The notes under the pieces are model-generated. The model made no database searches, was not told where the DNA came from, and saw only the letters and a list, made by a program, of their open reading frames with translations. DNA of 64,000 nucleotides from Eledone cirrhosa (taxonomy: Eukaryota), in assembly GCA_964016885.1 (NCBI GenBank), contig OZ024747.1, positions 70,184,001 through 70,248,000 on the forward strand. The letters run 5' to 3'. Numbering within the stretch: position 1 is the stretch's first letter; each line of letters begins with the position of its first letter. Below, piece after piece: positions 8,901 to 23,900 of the stretch. A program made the translations under genes and the position numbers.

Positions 8901-11900
8901 ATCCTCAAATGTGTTATATGCTCAAACGTGTTTTATGCTCAAATGTGTTATATGCTCAAATGTGTTATATGCTCAAATGTTTTATATGCTCAAATGTGTT
9001 ATATGTTCAAATGTGTTATATGCTCAAATGTTTTTTATGATCAAATGTGTTTTATGCTCAAATGTGTTTTATGCTCAAATGTGTTATATGTTCACATGTG
9101 TTATATGCTCAAATGTGTTTTATGCTGAAATGTGTTCTATGCTCAAATGTGTTATATGCTCAAATGTGTTTTATGCTCAAATGTGTTTTATCCTCAAATG
9201 TGTTTTATGCTCAAATGTGTTATATGCTCAAATGTGTCATATGCTCAAATGTGTTTTATGCTCACATGTGTTTTATGCTCAAATGTGTTATATGCTCAAA
9301 TGTGTTATATGCTCAAATGTGTTATATGCTCAAATGTGTTATATGCTCAAATGTGTTATATGCCCAAATGTGTTATATGCCCAAATGTGTTATATGCTCA
9401 AATGTGTTATATGCTCAAATGTGTTATATGCTCAAATGTGTTATATGCTCAAATGTGTTTTATGCTCAAATGTGTTATATGCTCAAATGTGTTATATGCT
9501 CAAATGTGTTTTATGCTCAAATGTGTTTTATGCTCAAATGTGTTTTATGCTCAAATGTGTTATATGCTCAAATGTGTTATATGCTCAAATGTGTTATATG
9601 CTCAAATGTGTTTTATGCTCAAATGTGTTATATGCTCAAATGTGTTATATGCTCAAATGTGTTATATGCTCAAATGTGTTATATGCTCAAATGTGTTTTA
9701 CGCTCAAATGTGTTTTACGCTCAAATGTGTTTTACGCTCAAATGTGTTATATGCTCAAATGTGTTATATGCTCAAATGTGTTATATGATCAAATGTGTTT
9801 TATGCTCAAATGTGATATATGCTCAAATGTGTTATATGCTCAAATGTGTTATATGCTCAAATGTGTTATATGCTCAAATCTGTTTTATGCTCAAATGTGT
9901 TTTATGCTCAAATGTGTTTTATACTCAAATGCGTTATATGCTCAAATGTGTTATATGCTCCAATGTGTTATATGCTCCAATGTGTTATATGCTCCAATGT
10001 GTTATATGCTCAAATGTGTTATATGCTCAAATGTGTTATATGCTCAAATGTGTTATATGCTCGAATGTGTTATATGCTCAAATGTGTTATTTGCTCAAAT
10101 GTGTTATATGCTCAAATGTGTTATATGCTCAAATGTGTTATATGCTCAAATGTGTTTTATGCTCAAATGTGTTTTATGCTCAAATGTGTTATATGCTCAA
10201 ATGTGTTATATGCTCAAATGTGTTATATGCCCAAATGTGTTATATGCTCAAATGTGTTATATGCTCAAATGTGTTATATGCTCAAATGTGTTATATGCTC
10301 AAATGTGTTATATGCCCAAATGTGTTATATGCTCAAATGTGTTATATGCTCAAATGTGTTATATGCTCAAATGTGTTATATGCTCAAATGTGTTTTATGC
10401 TCAAATGTGTTTTATGCTCAAATGTGTTATATGCTCAAATGTGTTATATGCTCAAATGTGTTATATGCTCAAATGTGTTATGTGCTCAAATGTGTTACAT
10501 GCTCAAATGTGTTATATGCTCAAATGTGTTATATGCTCAAATGTGTTATATGCTCAAATGTGTTATATGCTCCAATGTGTTATATGCTCCAATGTGTTAT
10601 ATGCTCCAATCTGTTATATGCTCAAATGTGTTATATGCTCAAATGTGTTATATGCTCAAATGTGTTATATGCTCAAATGTGTTTTATGCTCAAATATGTT
10701 TTATGCTCAAATGTGTTATATGCTCAAATGTGTTATATGCTCAAATGTGTTATATGCTCAAATGTGTTTTATGCTCAAATGTTTTATATGCTCAAATGTG
10801 TTATATGCTCAAATGTGTTATATGCTCAAATGTGTTTTATGCTCAAATGTGTTATATGTTCAAATGTGTTTTATGCTCAAATGTGTTATATGCTCAAATG
10901 TTTTTATGCTCAAATGTGTTATATGCTAAAATGTGTTATATGCTCAAATGTGTTTTATGCTCAAATGTGTTTTATGCTCAAATGTGTTATATGCTCAAAA
11001 GTGTTATATGCTCAAATGTGTTATATGCTCAAATGTGTTTTATGCTCAAATGTGTTTTATGCTCAAATGTGTTATATGCTAAAATGTGTTTTATGCTCAA
11101 ATGTGTCATCTGCTCAAATGTGTTTTATGCTCAAATGTGTTTTATGCTCAAATGTGTTATATGCTCAAATGTGTTTTATGCTTAAATGTGTTTTATGCTC
11201 AAATGTGTTTTATGCTCAAATGTGTTATATGCTCAAATGTGTTATATGCTTAAATGTGTTTTATGCTCAAATGTGTTTTATGCTCAAATGTGTTATATGC
11301 TCAAATGTGTTTTATGCTCAAATGTGTTTTATCCTCAAATGTGTTTTATGCTCAAATGTGTTTTATGTTCAAATGTGTTATATGCTCAAATGTGTTATAT
11401 GCTCAAATGTGTTTTATGTTCAAATGTGTTTTATGCTCAAATGTATCTTATGCTCAAATGTGTTATATGCTCAAATGTGTTATATGCTCAAATGTGTTTT
11501 ATGCTCAAATGTGTTTTATGCTCAAATGTGTTTTATGCTCAAATGTGTTATATGCTCAAACGTGTTTTATGCTCAAATGTGTTTTATGCTCAAATGTGTC
11601 ATATGCTCAAATGTGTTTTATGCTCAAATGTGTTTTATGCTCAAATGTGTTATATGCTCAAATGTGTTTTATGCTCAAATGTGTCATATGCTCAAATGTG
11701 TTTTATGCTCAAATGTGTTATATGCTCAAATGTGTTATATGCTCAAATGTGTTTTATGCTCAAATGTGTTTTATGCTCAAATGTGTTATATGCTCAAATG
11801 TGTCATATGCTCAAATGTGTTTTATGCTCAAATGTGTTTTATGCTCAAATGTGTTTTATGCTCAAATGTGTTTTATGCTCAAATGTGTTATATGCTCAAA

Positions 11901-14900
11901 TGTGTTATATGCTCAAATGTGTTATATGCTCAAATGTGTTATATGCTCAAATGCGTTTTATGCTCAAATGTGTTTTATGCTCAAATGTGTTATATGCTCA
12001 AATGTGTTATATGCTCAAATGTGTTTTATGCTCAAATGTGTTTTATGCTCAAATGTGTTATATGCTCAAATGTGTTTTATGCTCAAATGTGTTATATGCT
12101 CAAATGTGTTTTATGCTCAAATGTGTTATATGCTAAAATGTGTTTTATGCTCAAATGTGTTATCTGCTCAAATGTGTTTTATGCTCAAATGTGTTTTATG
12201 CTCAAATGTGTTATATGCTCAAATGTGTTTTATGCTTAAATGTGTTTTATGCTCAAATGTGTTTTATGCTCAAATGTGTTATATGCTCAAATGTGTTATA
12301 TGCTTAAATGTGTTTTATGCTCAAATGTGTTTTATGCTCAAATGTGTTTTATGCTCAAATGTGTTATATGCTCAAATGTGTTTTATGCTCAAATGTGTTT
12401 TATCCTCAAATGTGTTTTATGCTCAAATGTGTTTTATGTTCAAATGTGTTATATGCTCAAATGTGTTATATGCTCAAATGTGTTTTATGTTCAAATGTGT
12501 TTTATGCGCAAATGTGTTTTATGCTCAAATGTGTTATATGCTCAAATGTGTTTTATGCTTAAATGTGTTTTATGCTCAAATGTGTTTTATGCTCAAATGT
12601 GTTATATGCTCAAATGTGTTATATGCTTAAATGTGTTTTATGCTCAAATGTGTTTTATGCTCAAATGTGTTTTATGCTCAAATGTGCTTTATACTCAAAT
12701 GTGTTTTATCCTCAAATGTGTTTTATGCTCAAATGTGTTATATGCTCAAATGTGTTATATGCTCAAATGTGTTTTATGCTCAAATGTGTTTTATCCTCAA
12801 ATGTGTTATATGCTCAAATGTGTTATATGCTCCAATGTGTTATATGCTCCAATGTGTTTTATGCTCAAATGTGTTATATGCTCAAATGTGTTATATGCTC
12901 AAATGTGTTATATGCTCAAATGTGTTTTATGCTCAAATGAGTTATATGCTCAAATGTGTTATATGCTCAAATGTGTTTTATGCTCAAATGTGTTTTATCC
13001 TCAAATGTGTTATATGCTCAAACGTGTTTTATGCTCAAATGTGTTATATGCTCAAATGTGTTATATGCTCAAATGTTTTATATGCTCAAATGTGTTATAT
13101 GTTCAAATGTGTTATATGCTCAAATGTTTTTTATGATCAAATGTGTTTTATGCTCAAATGTGTTTTATGCTCAAATGTGTTATATGTTCACATGTGTTAT
13201 ATGCTCAAATGTGTTTTATGCTGAAATGTGTTCTATGCTCAAATGTGTTATATGCTCAAATGTGTTTTATGCTCAAATGTGTTTTATCCTCAAATGTGTT
13301 TTATGCTCAAATGTGTTATATGCTCAAATGTGTCATATGCTCAAATGTGTTTTATGCTCACATGTGTTTTATGCTCAAATGTGTTATATGCTCAAATGTG
13401 TTATATGCTCAAATGTGTTATATGCTCAAATGTGTTATATGCTCAAATGTGTTATATGCCCAAATGTGTTATATGCCCAAATGTGTTATATGCTCAAATG
13501 TGTTATATGCTCAAATGTGTTATATGCTCAAATGTGTTATATGCTCAAATGTGTTTTATGCTCAAATGTGTTATATGCTCAAATGTGTTATATGCTCAAA
13601 TGTGTTTTATGCTCAAATGTGTTTTATGCTCAAATGTGTTTTATGCTCAAATGTGTTATATGCTCAAATGTGTTATATGCTCAAATGTGTTATATGCTCA
13701 AATGTGTTTTATGCTCAAATGTGTTATATGCTCAAATGTGTTATATGCTCAAATGTGTTATATGCTCAAATGTGTTATATGCTCAAATGTGTTTTACGCT
13801 CAAATGTGTTTTACGCTCAAATGTGTTTTACGCTCAAATGTGTTATATGCTCAAATGTGTTATATGCTCAAATGTGTTATATGATCAAATGTGTTTTATG
13901 CTCAAATGTGATATATGCTCAAATGTGTTATATGCTCAAATGTGTTATATGCTCAAATGTGTTATATGCTCAAATCTGTTTTATGCTCAAATGTGTTTTA
14001 TGCTCAAATGTGTTTTATACTCAAATGCGTTATATGCTCAAATGTGTTATATGCTCCAATGTGTTATATGCTCCAATGTGTTATATGCTCCAATGTGTTA
14101 TATGCTCAAATGTGTTATATGCTCAAATGTGTTATATGCTCAAATGTGTTATATGCTCGAATGTGTTATATGCTCAAATGTGTTATTTGCTCAAATGTGT
14201 TATATGCTCAAATGTGTTATATGCTCAAATGTGTTATATGCTCAAATGTGTTTTATGCTCAAATGTGTTTTATGCTCAAATGTGTTATATGCTCAAATGT
14301 GTTATATGCTCAAATGTGTTATATGCCCAAATGTGTTATATGCTCAAATGTGTTATATGCTCAAATGTGTTATATGCTCAAATGTGTTATATGCTCAAAT
14401 GTGTTATATGCCCAAATGTGTTATATGCTCAAATGTGTTATATGCTCAAATGTGTTATATGCTCAAATGTGTTATATGCTCAAATGTGTTTTATGCTCAA
14501 ATGTGTTTTATGCTCAAATGTGTTATATGCTCAAATGTGTTATATGCTCAAATGTGTTATATGCTCAAATGTGTTATGTGCTCAAATGTGTTACATGCTC
14601 AAATGTGTTATATGCTCAAATGTGTTATATGCTCAAATGTGTTATATGCTCAAATGTGTTATATGCTCCAATGTGTTATATGCTCCAATGTGTTATATGC
14701 TCCAATCTGTTATATGCTCAAATGTGTTATATGCTCAAATGTGTTATATGCTCAAATGTGTTATATGCTCAAATGTGTTTTATGCTCAAATATGTTTTAT
14801 GCTCAAATGTGTTATATGCTCAAATGTGTTATATGCTCAAATGTGTTATATGCTCAAATGTGTTTTATGCTCAAATGTTTTATATGCTCAAATGTGTTAT

Positions 14901-17900
14901 ATGCTCAAATGTGTTATATGCTCAAATGTGTTTTATGCTCAAATGAGTTATATGCTCAAATGTGTTATATGCTCAAATGTGTTTTATGCTCAAATGTGTT
15001 TTATCCTCAAATGTGTTATATGCTCAAACGTGTTTTATGCTCAAATGTGTTATATGCTCAAATGTGTTATATGCTCAAATGTTTTATATGCTCAAATGTG
15101 TTATATGTTCAAATGTGTTATATGCTCAAATGTTTTTATGATCAAATGTGTTTTATGCTCAAATGTGTTTTATGCTCAAATGTGTTATATGTTCACATGT
15201 GTTATATGCTCAAATGTGTTTTATGCTCAAATGTGTTCTATGCTCAAATGTGTTATATGCTCAAATGTGTTTTATGCTCAAATGTGTTTTATGCTCAAAT
15301 GTGTTTTATGCTCACATGTGTTTTATGCTCAAATGTGTTATATGCTAAATGTGTTATATGCTCAAATGTGTTATATGCTCAAATGTGTTATATGCTCAAA
15401 TGTGTTATATGCCCAAATGTGTTATATGCCCAAATGTGTTATATGCTCAAATGTGTTATATGCTCAAATGTGTTATATGCCCAAATGTGTTATATGCCCA
15501 AATGTGTTTTATGTTCAAATGTGTTTTATGCGCAAATGTGTTTTATGCTCAAATGTGTTATATGCTCAAATGTGTTTTATGCTTAAATGTGTTTTATGCT
15601 CAAATGTGTTTTATGCTCAAATGTGTTATATGCTCAAATGTGTTATATGCTTAAATGTGTTTTATGCTCAAATGTGTTTTATGCTCAAATGTGTTTTATG
15701 CTCAAATGTGCTTTATACTCAAATGTGTTTTATCCTCAAATGTGTTTTATGCTCAAATGTGTTATATGCTCAAATGTGTTATATGCTCAAATGTGTTTTA
15801 TGCTCAAATGTGTTTTATCCTCAAATGTGTTATATGCTCAAATGTGTTATATGCTCAAATGTGTTATATGCTCAAATGTGTTTTATGCTCAAATGTGTTA
15901 TATGCTCAAATGTGTTATATGCTCAAATGTGTTATATGCTCAAATGTGTTTTATGCTCAAATGAGTTATATGCTCAAATGTGTTATATGCTCAAATGTGT
16001 TTTATGCTCAAATGTGTTTTATCCTCAAATGTGTTATATGCTCAAACGTGTTTTATGCTCAAATGTGTTATATGCTCAAATGTGTTATATGCTCAAATGT
16101 TTTATATGCTCAAATGTGTTATATGTTCAAATGTGTTATATGCTCAAATGTTTTTTATGATCAAATGTGTTTTATGCTCAAATGTGTTTTATGCTCAAAT
16201 GTGTTATATGTTCACATGTGTTATATGCTCAAATGTGTTTTATGCTGAAATGTGTTCTATGCTCAAATGTGTTATATGCTCAAATGTGTTTTATGCTCAA
16301 ATGTGTTTTATCCTCAAATGTGTTTTATGCTCAAATGTGTTATATGCTCAAATGTGTCATATGCTCAAATGTGTTTTATGCTCACATGTGTTTTATGCTC
16401 AAATGTGTTATATGCTCAAATGTGTTATATGCTCAAATGTGTTATATGCTCAAATGTGTTATATGCTCAAATGTGTTATATGCCCAAATGTGTTATATGC
16501 CCAAATGTGTTATATGCTCAAATGTGTTATATGCTCAAATGTGTTATATGCTCAAATGTGTTATATGCTCAAATGTGTTTTATGCTCAAATGTGTTATAT
16601 GCTCAAATGTGTTATATGCTCAAATGTGTTTTATGCTCAAATGTGTTTTATGCTCAAATGTGTTTTATGCTCAAATGTGTTATATGCTCAAATGTGTTAT
16701 ATGCTCAAATGTGTTATATGCTCAAATGTGTTTTATGCTCAAATGTGTTATATGCTCAAATGTGTTATATGCTCAAATGTGTTATATGCTCAAATGTGTT
16801 ATATGCTCAAATGTGTTTTACGCTCAAATGTGTTTTACGCTCAAATGTGTTTTACGCTCAAATGTGTTATATGCTCAAATGTGTTATATGCTCAAATGTG
16901 TTATATGATCAAATGTGTTTTATGCTCAAATGTGATATATGCTCAAATGTGTTATATGCTCAAATGTGTTATATGCTCAAATGTGTTATATGCTCAAATC
17001 TGTTTTATGCTCAAATGTGTTTTATGCTCAAATGTGTTTTATACTCAAATGCGTTATATGCTCAAATGTGTTATATGCTCCAATGTGTTATATGCTCCAA
17101 TGTGTTATATGCTCCAATGTGTTATATGCTCAAATGTGTTATATGCTCAAATGTGTTATATGCTCAAATGTGTTATATGCTCGAATGTGTTATATGCTCA
17201 AATGTGTTATTTGCTCAAATGTGTTATATGCTCAAATGTGTTATATGCTCAAATGTGTTATATGCTCAAATGTGTTTTATGCTCAAATGTGTTTTATGCT
17301 CAAATGTGTTATATGCTCAAATGTGTTATATGCTCAAATGTGTTATATGCCCAAATGTGTTATATGCTCAAATGTGTTATATGCTCAAATGTGTTATATG
17401 CTCAAATGTGTTATATGCTCAAATGTGTTATATGCCCAAATGTGTTATATGCTCAAATGTGTTATATGCTCAAATGTGTTATATGCTCAAATGTGTTATA
17501 TGCTCAAATGTGTTTTATGCTCAAATGTGTTTTATGCTCAAATGTGTTATATGCTCAAATGTGTTATATGCTCAAATGTGTTATATGCTCAAATGTGTTA
17601 TGTGCTCAAATGTGTTACATGCTCAAATGTGTTATATGCTCAAATGTGTTATATGCTCAAATGTGTTATATGCTCAAATGTGTTATATGCTCCAATGTGT
17701 TATATGCTCCAATGTGTTATATGCTCCAATCTGTTATATGCTCAAATGTGTTATATGCTCAAATGTGTTATATGCTCAAATGTGTTATATGCTCAAATGT
17801 GTTATATGCTCAAATGTGTTTTATGCTCAAATATGTTTTATGCTCAAATGTGTTATATGCTCAAATGTGTTATATGCTCAAATGTGTTATATGCTCAAAT

Positions 17901-20900
17901 GTGTTTTATGCTCAAATGTTTTATATGCTCAAATGTGTTATATGCTCAAATGTGTTATATGCTCAAATGTGTTTTATGCTCAAATGAGTTATATGCTCAA
18001 ATGTGTTATATGCTCAAATGTGTTTTATGCTCAAATGTGTTTTATCCTCAAATGTGTTATATGCTCAAACGTGTTTTATGCTCAAATGTGTTATATGCTC
18101 AAATGTGTTATATGCTCAAATGTTTTATATGCTCAAATGTGTTATATGTTCAAATGTGTTATATGCTCAAATGTTTTTATGATCAAATGTGTTTTATGCT
18201 CAAATGTGTTTTATGCTCAAATGTGTTATATGTTCACATGTGTTATATGCTCAAATGTGTTTTATGCTCAAATGTGTTCTATGCTCAAATGTGTTATATG
18301 CTCAAATGTGTTTTATGCTCAAATGTGTTTTATGCTCAAATGTGTTTTATGCTCACATGTGTTTTATGCTCAAATGTGTTATATGCTAAATGTGTTATAT
18401 GCTCAAATGTGTTATATGCTCAAATGTGTTATATGCTCAAATGTGTTATATGCCCAAATGTGTTATATGCCCAAATGTGTTATATGCTCAAATGTGTTAT
18501 ATGCTCAAATGTGTTATATGCTCAAATGTGTTATATGCTCAAATGTGTTTTATGCTCAAATGTGTTATATGCTCAAATGTGTTATATGCTCAAATGTGTT
18601 TTATGCTCAAATGTGTTTTATGCTCAAATGTGTTTTATGCTCAAATGTGTTATATGCTCAAATGTGTTTTATGCTCAAATGTGTTTTATGCTCAAATGTG
18701 TTATATGCTCAAATGTGTTATATGCTCAAATGTGTTATATGCTCAAATGTGTTATACGCTCAAATGTGTTTTACGCTCAAATGTGTTATATGCTCAAATG
18801 TGTTATATGCTCAAATGTGTTATATGCTCAAATGTGTTATATGCTCAAATGTGTTTTATGCTCAAATGTGATATATGCTCAAATGTGTTATATGCTCAAA
18901 TGTGTTATATGCTCAAATGTGTTATATGCTCAAATCTGTTTTATGCTCAAATGTGTTTTATGCTCAAATGTGTTTTATACTCAAATGCGTTATATGCTCA
19001 AATGTGTTATATGCTCAAATGTGTTATATGCTCCAATGTGTTATATGCTCCAATGTGTTATATGCTCAAATGTGTTATTTGCTCAAATGTGTTATATGCT
19101 CAAATGTGTTATATGCTCAAATGTGTTATATGCTCAAATGTGTTTTATGCTCAAATGTGTTTTATGCTCAAATGTGTTATATGCTCAAATGTGTTATATG
19201 CTCAAATGTGTTATATGCCCAAATGTGTTATATGCTCAAATGTGTTATATGCTCAAATGTGTTATATGCTCAAATGTGTTATATGCTCAAATGTGTTTTA
19301 TGCTCAAATGTGTTTTATGCTCAAATGTGTTATATGCTCAAATGTGTTATATGCTCAAATGTGTTATATGCTCAAATGTGTTTTATGCTCAAATGTGTTT
19401 TATGCTCAAATGTATTATATGCTCAAATGTGTTATATGCTCAAATGTGTTATATGCTCAAATGTGTTTTATGCTCAAATGTGTTTTATGCTCAAATGTGT
19501 TATATGCTCAAATGTGTTATATGCTCAAATGTGTTATATGCTCAAATGTGTTATGTGCTCAAATGTGTTACATGCTCAAATGTGTTATATGCTCAAATGT
19601 GTTATATGCTCAAATGTGTTATATGCTCAAATGTGTTATATGCTCAAATGTGTTATATGCTCAAATGTGTTATATGCTCAAATGTGTTATATGCTCCAAT
19701 GTGTTATATGCTCCAATGTGTTATATGCTCAAATGTGTTATATGCTCAAATGTGTTATATGCTGCAATGTGTTATATGCTCAAATGTGTTATATGCTCAA
19801 ATGTGTTATATGCTCAAATGTGTTATATGCTCAAATGTGTTATATGCTCAAATGTGTTATATGCTCAAATGTGTTATATGCTCAAATGTGTTATATGCTC
19901 AAATGTGTTATATGCTCAAATGTGTTATATGCTCCAATGTGTTATATGCTCCAATGTGTTATATGCTCAAATGTGTTATATGCTCAAATGTGTTATATGC
20001 TCAAATGTGTTTTATGCTCAAATATGTTTTATGCTCAAATGTGTTATATGCTCAAATGTGTTATATGCTCAAATGTGTTATATGCTCAAATGTGTTATAT
20101 GCTCAAATGTGTTATATGCTCAAATGTGTTATATGCTCAAATGTGTTATATGCTCAAATGTGTTATATGCTCAAATGTGTTTTATGCTCAAATGTGTTTT
20201 ATGCTCACATGTGTTTTATGCTCAAATGTGTTATATGCTAAATGTGTTATATGCTCAAATGTGTTATATGCTCAAATGTGTTATATGCTCAAATGTGTTA
20301 TATGCCCAAATGTGTTATATGCCCAAATGTGTTATATGCTCAAATGTGTTATATGCTCAAATGTGTTATATGCTCAAATGTGTTATATGCTCAAATGTGT
20401 TTTATGCTCAAATGTGTTATATGCTCAAATGTGTTATATACTCAAATGTGTTTTATGCTCAAATGTGTTTTATGCTCAAATGTGTTTTATGCTCAAATGT
20501 GTTATATGCTCAAATGTGTTATATGCTCAAATGTGTTTTATGCTCAAATGTGTTTTATGCTCAAATGTGTTATATGCTCAAATGTGTTATATGCTCCAAT
20601 GTGTTATATGCTCGAATGTGTTATATGCTCGAATGTGTTATATGCTCAAATGTGTTATTTGCTCAAATGTGTTATATGCTCAAATGTGTTATATGCTCAA
20701 ATGTGTTTTATGCTCAAATGTGTTTTATGCTCAAATGTGTTATATGCTCAAATGTGTTATATGCTCAAATGTGTTATATGCTCAAATGTGTTTTATGCTC
20801 AAATGTGTTTTATGCTCAAATGTGTTATATGCTCAAATGTGTTTTATGCTCAAATGTGTTTTATGCTCAAATGTGTTTTATGCTCAAATGTGTTATATGC

Positions 20901-23900
20901 TCAAATGTGTTTTATGCTCAAATGTGTTTTATGCTCAAATGTGTTATATGCTCAAATGTGTTATATGCTCAAATGTGTTATATGCTCAAATGTGTTATAC
21001 GCTCAAATGTGTTTTACGCTCAAATGTGTTATATGCTCAAATGTGTTATATGCTCAAATGTGTTATATGCTCAAATGTGTTATATGCTCAAATGTGTTTT
21101 ATGTTCAAATGTGATATATGCTCAAATGTGTTATATGCTCAAATGTGTTATATGTTCAAATGTGTTATATGCTCAAATCTGTTTTATGCTCAAATGTGTT
21201 TTATGCTCAAATGTGTTTTATACTCAAATGCGTTATATGCTCAAATGTGTTATATGCTCAAATGTGTTATATGCTCCAATGTGTTATATGCTCCAATGTG
21301 TTATATGCTCAAATGTGTTATTTGCTCAAATGTGTTATATGCTCAAATGTGTTATATGCTCAAATGTGTTATATGCTCAAATGTGTTTTATGCTCAAATG
21401 TGTTTTATGCTCAAATGTGTTATATGCTCAAATGTGTTATATGCTCAAATGTGTTATATGCCCAAATGTGTTATATGCTCAAATGTGTTATATGCTCAAA
21501 TGTGTTATATGCTCAAATGTGTTATATGCTCAAATGTGTTTTATGCTCAAATGTGTTTTATGCTCAAATGTGTTATATGCTCAAATGTGTTATATGCTCA
21601 AATGTGTTATATGCTCAAATGTGTTATATGCTCAAATGTGTTTTATGCTCAAATGTGTTTTATGCTCAAATGTATTATATGCTCAAATGTGTTATATGCT
21701 CAAATGTGTTATATGCTCAAATGTGTTTTATGCTCAAATGTGTTTTATGCTCAAATGTGTTATATGCTCAAATGTGTTATATGCTCAAATGTGTTATATG
21801 CTCAAATGTGTTATGTGCTCAAATGTGTTACATGCTCAAATGTGTTATATGCTCAAATGTGTTATATGCTCAAATGTGTTATATGCTCAAATGTGTTATA
21901 TGCTCAAATGTGTTATATGCTCAAATGTGTTATATGCTCAAATGTGTTATATGCTCAAATGTGTTATATGCTCCAATGTGTTATATGCTCAAATGTGTTA
22001 TATGCTCAAATGTGTTATATGCTCAAATGTGTTATATGCTCAAATGTGTTTTATGCTCAAATATGTTTTATGCTCAAATGTGTTATATGCTCAAATGTGT
22101 TATATGCTCAAATGTGTTATATGCTCAAATGTGTTATATGCTCAAATGTGTTATATGCTCCAATGTGTTATATGCTCAAATGTGTTATATGCTCAAATGT
22201 GTTATATGCTCAAATGTGTTATATGCTCAAATGTGTTTTATGCTCAAATATGTTTTATGCTCAAATGTGTTATATGCTCAAATGTGTTATATGCTCAAAT
22301 GTGTTATATGCTCAAATGTGTTATATGCTCAAATGTGTTATATGCTCAAATGTGTTATATGCTCAAATGTGTTATATGCTCAAATGTGTTTTATGCTCAA
22401 ATGTGTTTTATGCTCACATGTGTTTTATGCTCAAATGTGTTATATGCTAAATGTGTTATATGCTCAAATGTGTTATATGCTCAAATGTGTTATATGCTCA
22501 AATGTGTTATATGCCCAAATGTGTTATATGCCCAAATGTGTTATATGCTCAAATGTGTTATATGCTCAAATGTGTTATATGCTCAAATGTGTTATATGCT
22601 TAAATGTGTTTTATGCTCAAATGTGTTATATGCTCAAATGTGTTATATGCTCAAATGTGTTTTATGCTCAAATGTGTTTTATGCTCAAATGTGTTTTATG
22701 CTCAAATGTGTTATATGCTCAAATGTGTTATATGTTCAAATGTGTTTTATGCTCAAATGTGTTTTATGCTCAAATGTGTTATATGCTCAAATGTGTTATA
22801 TGCTCAAATGTGTCATATGCTCAAATGTGTTATACGCTCAAATGTGTTTTACGCTCAAATGTGTTATATGCTCAAATGTGTTATATGCTCAAATGTGTTA
22901 TATGCTCAAATGTGTTATATGCTCAAATGTGTTATATGCTCAAATGTGTTTTATGCTCAAATGTGATATATGCTCAAATGTGTTATATGCTCAAATGTGT
23001 TATATGCTCAAATGTGTTATATGCTCAAATCTGTTTTATGCTCAAATGTGTTTTATGCTCAAATGTGTTTTATACTCAAATGCGTTATATGCTCAAATGT
23101 GTTATATGCTCAAATGTGTTATATGCTCCAATGTGTTATATGCTCCAATGTGTTATATGCTCCAATGTGTTATATGCTCAAATGTGTTATATGCTCCAAT
23201 GTGTATATGCTCGAATATGTTATATGCTCGAATGTGTTATATGCTCAAATGTGTTATTTGCTCAAATGTGTTATATGCTCAAATGTGTTATATGCTCAAA
23301 TGTGTTTTATGCTCAAATGTGTTTTATGCTCAAATGTGTTATATGCTCAAATGTGTTATATGCTCAAATGTGTTATATGCCCAAATGTGTTATATGCTCA
23401 AATGTGTTATATGCTCAAATGTGTTATATGCTCAAATGTGTTATATGCTCAAATGTGTTTTATGCTCAAATGTGTTTTATGCTCAAATGTGTTATATGCT
23501 CAAATATGTTATATGCTCAAATGTGTTATATGCTCAAATGTGTTTTATGCTCAAATGTGTTTTATGCTCAAATGTATTATATGCTCAAATGTGTTATATG
23601 CTCAAATGTGTTATATGCTCAAATGTGTTTTATGCTCAAATGTGTTTTATGCTCAAATGTGTTATATGCTCAAATGTGTTATATGCTCAAATGTGTTATA
23701 TGCTCAAATGTGTTATGTGCTCAAATGTGTTACATGCTCAAATGTGTTATATGCTCAAATGTGTTATATGCTCAAATGTGTTATATGCTCAAATGTGTTA
23801 TATGCTCAAATGTGTTATATGCTCCAATGTGTTATATGCTCCAATGTGTTATATGCTCAAATGTGTTATATGCTCAAATGTGTTATATGCTCCAATGTGT

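Noticed and set aside
6730-14945. Duplication period of exactly 4096 (2^12) suggesting a file or computing artefact
   Set aside because: 4096 equals 240x17+16 and preserves monomer phase like the other periods (2464, 3024); most likely coincidence.
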